A DNA stretch of 64,000 nucleotides, taken from an uncultured Chloroflexia bacterium. GTDB lineage: Bacteria > Chloroflexota > Dehalococcoidia > DSTF01 > JALHUB01. Below are positions 57,427-64,000 of this stretch, in pieces. Positions within the stretch are counted from its first letter, which is position 1. Every line of letters starts with the position of its first letter. The position numbers and the translations under genes were made by a program. The stretch covers positions 868,372 to 932,371 of the forward strand of contig CAWIGJ010000003.1 of NCBI GenBank assembly GCA_963835655.1. The letters are read 5' to 3'. The notes beneath the pieces are model-generated. The model ran no database searches, was not told the DNA's origin, and was given only the letters and a program-made list of their open reading frames with translations.

Positions 57427-57455
57427 TTGACAGGCTGTTAACGTAAGAGTAGTTT
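57427..57455 (+). promoter_or_regulatory. sigma70 promoter of the leader/GYD unit
   Basis: TTGACA-N17-TAGTTT. Confidence 0.65.
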
Positions 57456-57482
57456 GTCAGCGCACACACAAAGGAACCGCCG

Positions 57483-57521
57483 GTGATTGCACCACCGACG
57501 GCCCCAGTTGCCGAGCCCTGA
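57483..57521 (+). CDS. Putative attenuator leader peptide MIAPPTAPVAEP
   Basis: AAAGGA-N7-GTG, 12 codons with 4 Pro, stop inside hairpin strand 1. Confidence 0.5.
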   Translation: MIAPPTAPVAEP

Positions 57522-57556
57522 CGCAGCCAGGGTCGGCCTGCTTACACTACCATGGC

Positions 57557-57592
57557 AGGCCCCGACCGCGGAAGGCTCGGGGCCTTCTGTTT
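57557..57592 (+). terminator. Intrinsic terminator in the GYD leader (attenuator 3:4 hairpin)
   Basis: AGGCCCCGA/TCGGGGCCT stem followed by TCTGTTT; overlaps a competing antiterminator. Confidence 0.65.
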
Positions 57593-57673
57593 GAAGGCGC
57601 AGACTGAGAAAGGGGCCCAGCGCAAGTGCTTCGCTAGCCAGGGCAAAGTAAGTAGGAAACAAGGAGGTTCCCC

Positions 57674-57997
57674 ATGCCAAATTACCTCGTTCAGGCCGCC
57701 TACACACCACAGGCGTTGGCCGCCATGGTCAAGAGCCCCCAGGACCGACTTGAGCCCACTCGCCAGGTGGTCGAGAGGCTCGGGGGCAAGATGCTGTCTA
57801 TGTACATGTCTTTCGGTGAATACGATATCGCGGGTGTGGGGGAACTGCCGGACAACGTTTCCGCTGCTGCGTTCTCCCTAGCCATCTCCGCAGGCGGGGC
57901 AGTTAGGGCAGTAAAGACCACGCCTCTCATGACTATGCAGGAAAGCATCGAGGCTTTCCGCAAGGCGGGTCAAGCTGGGTATCGGCCGCCAGCCTAG
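57674..57997 (+). CDS. GYD domain-containing protein
   Basis: MPNYL....YT..A...M...P..R......E.LGG......GEYD...V.E.PD...TTPL.T..E pattern; SD AAGGAGG. Confidence 0.88.
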   Translation: MPNYLVQAAYTPQALAAMVKSPQDRLEPTRQVVERLGGKMLSMYMSFGEYDIAGVGELPDNVSAAAFSLAISAGGAVRAVKTTPLMTMQESIEAFRKAGQAGYRPPA

Positions 57998-58105
57998 GCG
58001 AGTCCTTTCGCCGCTGGGCTTCGTTCTCGGCTAGGAGGGGGCTGGTGGCCATACTCAAGCCAGCTCCGGCAGTGGTCCCCAAGGCACACAAGGAGGGAGC
58101 AGCAC

Positions 58106-58405
58106 ATGCTATTCGTGGGTATCGGGACGCCAGTACGCGGCCTAACTTGGCGGCAGACACAGGAATACGCAAAACTGTACCGCCAGTGGACACCCCCTCC
58201 CGGATATGACGTAAAGGCGCTGTACTGGGGCTCAGAAGGCAGCGTTGTCACGGTTGTCGATGTCCAGACATCAGCCGCCGGCTACGAGGCAGGGCTGCCT
58301 TGGACGGACATGGAGTGGAAGGTCATACCGGTTGTCGAGGCGGCCCAAGCGGTGCAAATCCAAGACAAGGTTACTGCCTGGGCACAGAAGATTCTGGGGA
58401 GTTAG
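58106..58405 (+). CDS. DUF3303-like small ferredoxin-fold protein
   Basis: W.PP.G.......W...G......D......PW.D.EW.VIPV pattern. Confidence 0.65.
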   Translation: MLFVGIGTPVRGLTWRQTQEYAKLYRQWTPPPGYDVKALYWGSEGSVVTVVDVQTSAAGYEAGLPWTDMEWKVIPVVEAAQAVQIQDKVTAWAQKILGS

Positions 58406-58490
58406 CGACAAGTCTCTGTATTGCGGGGGCCACCGCCTTCTTCCAGGTCGGGTCTCTGGGAGGAGAAGTGTTTTACAGAAAGGGGAGACA

Positions 58491-59828
58491 ATGAAAATCG
58501 GACGCTCTACGCCGCTCATTCTCCTGCTGGTTGCAGCACTATCAGTCTCCGCCCTGTTCGTCATCTCCTGCGGGTCTAAGCAGGAGGCTGGCGGTGGGGG
58601 AACGACGACCGGGGACACAACGGGCGTCACGGACACGGAGATCAAAATCGGCAGCCTTCTGCCTCTTTCCGGCGCTGCCTCGCCGTGGGGGATCCCGTTC
58701 GCACAGGGGATGAAGGCCTACTTCGACTATATAAACGACCAGGGCGGCATTTGGGGTCGCAAGATTAACCTGATCGTTGGCGACAGCCAGTACAGCGGGC
58801 CAATTGCCACGGAAGCAGCCAAACAGATGATCGATCAGCAGCAGGTGTTCGCCTTCGACGGGAACCTCGGGACGGAGGTGGAAGCCGCTGTCAGGGACAT
58901 GATCGACGCTGACAACATTCCCGACTTTAACATCCTCAGCGGCTCGACCCAATTTGTAGAACCGTTTCAGAAGAACCGTTTCACCGCCATGGTTCCCTAC
59001 ACAGAGGAGGCGAACATAATCGCAGGCTATCTTGAGAAGACATACGCGGGCAAGAAGGTAGGTATCCTTGCCCAGAACGACGAGTACGGAAAAGAGGGTG
59101 GAGCCGCCACCGCCCAGGCGCTCAAGGACTCCGGCGCCGTCACGGATGTCTCCACCGAGTGGTACGAAGCCAGCGCGACAGATGTGACTTCCCAGATGCA
59201 GCGCCTGAAGGGAGACAACGTCGACGTCGTCGTGTTGTGGGGCGGGCCGACGCAGGCCGCGAGCATGATGAAGACCGTCCGCGAGACCCTTAGCTGGGAC
59301 GTCCCGCTGATGGTCGATGAGGCCGCCAGCAGCGGGGATCTCGCAGTGCTTGCGGGACCGAAAAACATGGATGGTGTCGTGGGCGTGGCCATCACGGAGA
59401 ACACCGACCTCAACACTAATGACGTCCCGGGCATCGTCTCCCGAAGAGAGATCTTCCAGAAGTACGCGCCCTCAGGCTCGACCTGGAACGCCATGGCCTT
59501 CGCCGGCTACTACACCGCTGAGGGCTTCGCCGCTATCGTGAAGCAGAACGGGCCGAATCTCACCCGCGAGTCCTTCATCGCGACAGCGGAGAACGTCTGC
59601 AAGTGGAAAACGGACATCTCCCTGGTTCCGGAGAGCACCAGCCCGACCGACCACAAGTTCATCGAGGCCGAGGTCTTGACAAAGGCATCGATTGACCCGA
59701 ACGATCCCACGAAGGTGAATTTCACGCCCTTCGGCGACCCGGTCAGCTACGAATCCACGACGGACTGCAAAGTCCCGAAGGCACCGGCGGGCGCCAAGAA
59801 CCAGCCGGGCCCCGATATCGGACAGTAA
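58491..59828 (+). CDS. Branched-chain amino acid-type ABC substrate-binding lipoprotein (paralog A)
   Basis: ISC lipobox, GVTDTEIKIG..LPLSG, GGI.GRKI, QNDEYGK and GPNLTRE motifs. Confidence 0.9.
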   Translation: MKIGRSTPLILLLVAALSVSALFVISCGSKQEAGGGGTTTGDTTGVTDTEIKIGSLLPLSGAASPWGIPFAQGMKAYFDYINDQGGIWGRKINLIVGDSQYSGPIATEAAKQMIDQQQVFAFDGNLGTEVEAAVRDMIDADNIPDFNILSGSTQFVEPFQKNRFTAMVPYTEEANIIAGYLEKTYAGKKVGILAQNDEYGKEGGAATAQALKDSGAVTDVSTEWYEASATDVTSQMQRLKGDNVDVVVLWGGPTQAASMMKTVRETLSWDVPLMVDEAASSGDLAVLAGPKNMDGVVGVAITENTDLNTNDVPGIVSRREIFQKYAPSGSTWNAMAFAGYYTAEGFAAIVKQNGPNLTRESFIATAENVCKWKTDISLVPESTSPTDHKFIEAEVLTKASIDPNDPTKVNFTPFGDPVSYESTTDCKVPKAPAGAKNQPGPDIGQ

Positions 59829-59895
59829 CAGGCCGTACACGGCTAGGAGAAGAGTTCAGACTCGGTCTGGCGCGACATTCAGAGGAATCAGAAGC

Positions 59896-59930
59896 AGGCG
59901 GGAGGTCGTATGGTCTCCCGCCTTCCCTCC
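59896..59930 (+). terminator. Putative intrinsic terminator
   Basis: AGGCGGGAG/CTCCCGCCT hairpin followed by a pyrimidine run. Confidence 0.55.
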
Positions 59931-60020
59931 TCTCGCGCGGCTGCTATGCCAGGCGGCGGCTCACCTGGCTGGTGCACTCGTGTGCGTCCGGTAGCCCCCA
60001 TAGACCGCCAGCTAAACCTT

Positions 60021-60054
60021 CACCGGAGTGTGTGAAACTGTCCACGTGGGAACA
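60021..60054 (+). repeat. 34-bp direct repeat, copy 1 (IS-end-like)
   Basis: CACCGGAGTGTGTGAAACTGTCCACGTGGGAACA; 32/34 identical to 61612-61645. Confidence 0.85.
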
Positions 60055-60218
60055 CCCTCGGGTCAGGGCGAAGTGGCCCGTAGCGTATGCGGCTCTCCCC
60101 CCTTCGCTGCATAGCGGTTCCCTCAGAGACCAATTTCCTGCTCCCAATCGCCGATCGGTGCACCACAGGCGCCTCTCGTCTATGATCTCCTGCATCGAGG
60201 CAGCGAAAGGATACTCCC

Positions 60219-61505
60219 ACGGCAGGACAATCGAGCTTAGCTCGCCCTAGGGTCTTCTACGGCTGGTGGGTGGTCGCCGCGCTGTGCACCGTGATGTTCC
60301 TCAGCACGGGCTGCACCCTTTACGCAATGGGCGTCTTCGTCCGCCCGCTTGAGGATCAATTCGGCTGGTCGCGCGGACAAGTGTCCGCTGCGCTTTCGCT
60401 ACCCCCCCTGATTGGCGGTCTCTTCTCGCCTGCCGCCGCCGCGCTGTTGGACCGGCTGGGCGCCCGCTTCTTGATCGGCGTCGGCGGCTTCATGATGGGG
60501 CTTTGCGTGGGGCTGCTTGGCCTCACGTCGTCTCTCGCATACTTCTGCCTAATGCTCATGCTGATGGCGGCCTGGCAGTCGGGGACAATGTTCCCCGCCG
60601 GCCCCATCATCTCCTACTGGTTCGACCGCAGGCGGGGGCAGGCGCTCGGCTTCGCGACGGCGGGCATCGGCCTGGGCGGCCTTGTGTTCGCGCCGCTAGT
60701 TGCCTTGCTGATCGACGCTTTTGGCTGGCGGGCGACCTTCTACATGGAAGGCGGCATCATCATCGCGGTGATGGCGCCGCTGGCCCTCTTCGTCATCCGG
60801 CAGCGTCCCAAGGACATGGGGCTGCTGCCCGACGGCGACGCGACCGCTGCGGACAGTCTCGGGGGAGAGGGGATTGCCGGCGGGGGCTGGTCGCTGGCAG
60901 AGGCGGTGCGGACGCCGACATTCTTTGTTGTGACGGCATCATTCAGTCTGGCATCCGCGACCCTCAGCGCCGTGCTCATCCACGTCGTGCCGTTCCTGGA
61001 GGACCAGGGGTTCTCCAGCGTTAAGGCCGGGCTGATCCTGGGTTGCGTCTCGGGCACCGGCATCGTGGGGAAGATAGGGTCGGGCTACCTGGTGGATAGG
61101 ATGTCACCGCGACTGGTTACAGCCGGCGTGTTCCTGATGCAGGCGGTTGGACTGGCGATATTGCTGCAAAGCGGCGGCAGCCTTGCTGGGATGGTCATCT
61201 TCGTTCTGGTCTTTGGCTACGCGATGGGCTCGGTGGTGACGCTCCAGCCGATTATGGCGGTCTACTACTTCGGAGTGGTTTCGATAGCGATGATCCTGGG
61301 AGTAATGGTCGCGGTGACAAGCGCCTTCAACGCGCTGGGGCCGATGATCGCTGGCTTCGTTTACGATAGGACGGGAGCATACAGCACTATCTTCGTGGTT
61401 TATGTCGTGCTCGATTGCTTGGCCGCAGTGCTCGTGTATTTCCTGGGCGGTCAGCCGTCGCACCTTCCTACAATTGAACGAGCGCTGCCCGAGGGGACAG
61501 CCTAA
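60219..61505 (+). CDS. MFS transporter; apparent ACG start
   Basis: 12-TM MFS (LLDRLGAR, YWFDRRRGQALG, G.L.DR). The N-terminal RVFYGWW lies upstream of GTG 60270; AAAGGA-N7-ACG at 60219. Confidence 0.85.
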   Translation, partial: TAGQSSLARPRVFYGWWVVAALCTVMFLSTGCTLYAMGVFVRPLEDQFGWSRGQVSAALSLPPLIGGLFSPAAAALLDRLGARFLIGVGGFMMGLCVGLLGLTSSLAYFCLMLMLMAAWQSGTMFPAGPIISYWFDRRRGQALGFATAGIGLGGLVFAPLVALLIDAFGWRATFYMEGGIIIAVMAPLALFVIRQRPKDMGLLPDGDATAADSLGGEGIAGGGWSLAEAVRTPTFFVVTASFSLASATLSAVLIHVVPFLEDQGFSSVKAGLILGCVSGTGIVGKIGSGYLVDRMSPRLVTAGVFLMQAVGLAILLQSGGSLAGMVIFVLVFGYAMGSVVTLQPIMAVYYFGVVSIAMILGVMVAVTSAFNALGPMIAGFVYDRTGAYSTIFVVYVVLDCLAAVLVYFLGGQPSHLPTIERALPEGTA

Positions 61506-61611
61506 CCGGCCGTTGATTGAATGGCGGAGTCGGCAAATCCATTGTCCCGTTTCTCGGTCGGCGCCAGGGCAGCGCTATCCTAACGAGTCAGCATCATGAA
61601 GACTAGACTAG

Positions 61612-61645
61612 CACCGGAGTGTGTGAAGCTGTCCACGTGAGAACA
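61612..61645 (+). repeat. 34-bp direct repeat, copy 2
   Basis: CACCGGAGTGTGTGAAGCTGTCCACGTGAGAACA. Confidence 0.85.
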
Positions 61646-61759
61646 TTAACAGGACGGGGCGAGGCCGACCAAAGGACGGAGAGTGTCTCCATGATGATCT
61701 CTCACGAAAGGCCGATGGAGTAGGGATCGGAAAGCTCGAAAAGAAGGGCCCCCGTTTCC

Positions 61760-61807
61760 TACGGGTTGATTAGCGCGCACGCAAGATGACCGTGCCGAGG
61801 CTCTCAT
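61760..61807 (-). pseudogene. N-terminal relic of a PIN-family toxin
   Basis: ATGA overlap with the antitoxin stop; broken frames resemble MRA.LDTVI.VRALINP. Confidence 0.4.
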
Positions 61808-62131
61808 TCCTCGCTCTCCCTCGCCTCCTTCAGCGCCTCGTCAATTGCCTCGTTGACCTTCTCCTCTGAGCGGCCCTTCAGGCTTTCCCTGACCGGCGCA
61901 AACAGCTCATAGAGCTCCTTCGCCCACGGTGAGCCCTTTCTCTTGCTGGCGACTTTGACTGGTTCGATCTCGAGTTTGTCGCCGCTCAGTGTGATGGAAA
62001 CCATGCCGTTCTCTTCGAGGCGAACCGCCTTCCTCAATTGCCTTCGGAGAAGCCACGATTGATAGAGTTCAGAATTCGATTTGCCCTGACTTCTTTGCGA
62101 GAACGTAAAAGTCAGCTTCACGTATTGACAT
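61804..62131 (-). pseudogene. AbrB/MazE/SpoVT-type antitoxin, probably frameshifted
   Basis: The ATG 62131 frame gives ...KKSGQI then a stop. The GTG 62121 frame gives RRQLR.AVRLEENGMVSITL.GDKLEIEPV plus a helical tail. Confidence 0.6.
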
Positions 62132-62152
62132 AAACGACAAAGAGAGTAGGAT
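62125..62152 (+). promoter_or_regulatory. Putative sigma70 promoter of SBP paralog B
   Basis: TTGACA-N16-TAGGAT. Confidence 0.45.
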
Positions 62153-62252
62153 TCGGTTCATCCGTCGGGGGCGGCTACCTCATAGGCGCCCTTTCGCTCG
62201 GGGCGCTGGTGCACTTGCCGCGTATTTACCTGCAGTCGAAAGGGAGGACGTA

Positions 62253-63656
62253 ATGAGAGTCTCAGTCTTCAGACGGTCCATTCTTTTCCTTGCTACAGCA
62301 CTGACATTATTCGTCCTGTTCGCCGTCTCCTGCGGTGGCGGCACCAAGCAGCAATCGAACGCTGGCGGCGGCGGAGCCACGGCAACCGCGGGTGACACTA
62401 CCGGTGTCACCGACACCTCCGTCAAGCTGGGGACGCTGATGCCTTTGACCGGCGCCATGGCCCCCTGGGGAGTCCCGATAAGCAAGGGAATGGCGGCTTA
62501 TCTAGACTGGATCAACCAGCAGGGCGGCATCTACGGGCGGAAGATAACGCTCGACGTCGGCGACAGCGCCTATACAGGGCCACAGGCGACGGAGGCTGCT
62601 CGGCAGCTCGTGGAGCAGGACAAGGTATTCGCGATGTACTCCAACTTGGGAACGGAGGTTGAAGCGGCCGTCGCCCAATACCTCACCGACCACAATGTTC
62701 CGGACATGTATGTGTTAACGGGATCAAGTTTGTTCGTGATTCCCCCGGTGAAGAACCGCTTTAGCTCCATGGTCAACTACACGACTGAAGGGAAGATCTT
62801 CGCTCAGTACCTAAAAGACAACTACGACGGAAAGAAGCTCGGAATCCTGGCCCAGAACGACGACTACGGCAAAGAGGGCGAAGCAGGAACGAAATCGGGT
62901 CTGCAAGACCTCGGCGCCAATATACAGACCACAACGGAGTACTACGACGCCTCTACTACGGACGTCACCGCCCAGGCGCAGCGGCTGAAGGGCGACAACG
63001 TCGACGTTATCATGTTCTGGGGTGGCGTGCCGCAAGCAGCCAACCTCATAAAGACGGCCCGCACCACCCTCAGCTGGGATGTGCCGATTATCATTAACGA
63101 GGCGTGCGAGGCAGAAATCACGGCGACACTGGCCGGCTACGACAACATCGAGGGCGTAGTAAGCACAACTGTGGGCCTACAGGCGTGGCAGACTGACTAT
63201 CCGGCGGTAGCGAAGATAAAGGACGAGATGGCCTCGGTCGCGCCTGATCTGGCCTTCGACAACTACTCGATGATCGGCTGGGTTCTGAGTCAGTCAATGG
63301 TAGGAGTGCTGAAACAGGCCGGGCCGAACCTCACCCGTGAAGGCTTCCTTGCCGCAGCTGAAAGCACTTGCGACTACATGGTCCCCACCGGCTTGATACC
63401 GTCAAGCACCAGCCCGACAGACCACCAGTTCACCGAGGCTGAGATCTTCGTCAAGGCTACGGTGGACAGGACGGTCAATCCCTCGGTCTTCCACTGGGTG
63501 CCTTTTGGCGACATTGTAGGCTATGAGACTACCCAGAACTGCATGATACCAACGCCGCCGCCGGATGCCACGAAGCAGCCGGGGCCGCCGCTGGGGATAG
63601 AATCATACGCAACCCCAAGCCCGGGCATTAGGGCGTTGCCTACAGTAAGCCAGTGA
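62253..63656 (+). CDS. Branched-chain amino acid-type ABC substrate-binding lipoprotein (paralog B)
   Basis: VSC lipobox, GVTDTSVKLG, GGIYGRKI, QNDDYGK and GPNLTRE motifs; colinear with 58491-59828. Confidence 0.9.
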   Translation: MRVSVFRRSILFLATALTLFVLFAVSCGGGTKQQSNAGGGGATATAGDTTGVTDTSVKLGTLMPLTGAMAPWGVPISKGMAAYLDWINQQGGIYGRKITLDVGDSAYTGPQATEAARQLVEQDKVFAMYSNLGTEVEAAVAQYLTDHNVPDMYVLTGSSLFVIPPVKNRFSSMVNYTTEGKIFAQYLKDNYDGKKLGILAQNDDYGKEGEAGTKSGLQDLGANIQTTTEYYDASTTDVTAQAQRLKGDNVDVIMFWGGVPQAANLIKTARTTLSWDVPIIINEACEAEITATLAGYDNIEGVVSTTVGLQAWQTDYPAVAKIKDEMASVAPDLAFDNYSMIGWVLSQSMVGVLKQAGPNLTREGFLAAAESTCDYMVPTGLIPSSTSPTDHQFTEAEIFVKATVDRTVNPSVFHWVPFGDIVGYETTQNCMIPTPPPDATKQPGPPLGIESYATPSPGIRALPTVSQ

Positions 63657-63660
63657 AAGC

Positions 63661-63702
63661 AATCAGGGCCTCTTCCTGAAAGGCCGAGGCCCTGGTTATT
63701 TT
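63661..63702 (+). terminator. Intrinsic terminator
   Basis: AATCAGGGCCTC/GAGGCCCTGGTT stem followed by ATTTT. Confidence 0.7.
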
Positions 63703-64000
63703 CTCGATCAATCGCGTTGACATCACGAAACCGAGCAGTAGAATCGCTCGGATCCTCCGCGATCATCTCCCGCCCCGACATTGAGATGCTGGAGCCGGTG
63801 ATGTGCGACCTTCTGACTATTGCGCGGGCGCCCGATTGACCGTGATACCGTATGACAGTAAGTGTGGTTGGTGTCATCGGTCCGAGAAGGCTGTCCTGGT
63901 CCATTCCCCACTTGACGTGCAGCCAGACGCCAGTGATCCTTGGAGGTGATGGAGACCGGACCGAATGACTAAGGAGCACGCCAAGATTCGTGTTGCCTTT

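Noticed and set aside
63804-63815. Minus-strand CAGAAGGTCGCA matching the tRNA relic at 57310
   Set aside because: Only 12 bp, with no T-loop or acceptor following.
63521-63979. Minus-strand ORF at the window end
   Set aside because: Overlaps the SBP 3' end and terminator and has no family motif; it cannot be evaluated without downstream sequence.

Overview
GC-rich bacterial chromosomal segment, probably Chloroflexota (Dehalococcoidia-like). This is inferred from the gene repertoire (double-zinc-ribbon membrane protein, Tat-exported family-5 binding proteins ending YWIDKG, archease-rtcB, many acyl-CoA ligases); no marker gene is present. Bases 1-28.4 kb are backbone: thyX, ilvD, mazG-archease-rtcB, pcrA, mscS, rubrerythrin and a tRNA Gly-Leu-Gln-Asn cluster. 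A 3' tRNA-Phe fragment at 28422-28473 opens an accessory region that runs to the window end. It holds a frameshifted GH3 with LacI, an SBP-leuC-leuC-leuD-leuB-like-URO-D-like cluster, xylAB, an SBP-pentulose kinase-GH172-fucose-isomerase-like operon, five binding proteins with no permease in the window, further tRNA-derived att-like scars, and IS and toxin-antitoxin relics. No integrase, CRISPR or rRNA was seen. Best leads: (1) a trp-like attenuator with a Pro-rich, Glu-Pro-stop leader peptide upstream of GYD/DUF3303 genes; (2) tandem LeuC-like genes sharing a ~99% identical 917-bp core but with different N-termini, one lacking the catalytic DH and HQ residues; (3) a predicted D-arabinofuranoside catabolic operon; (4) two genes whose natural N-termini begin at ACG 7 nt after a Shine-Dalgarno (SD) sequence; (5) a run of tRNA-derived scars bracketing cargo genes, one with a 20-nt palindrome inserted in the T-arm. 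All alignments and counts were done by eye.
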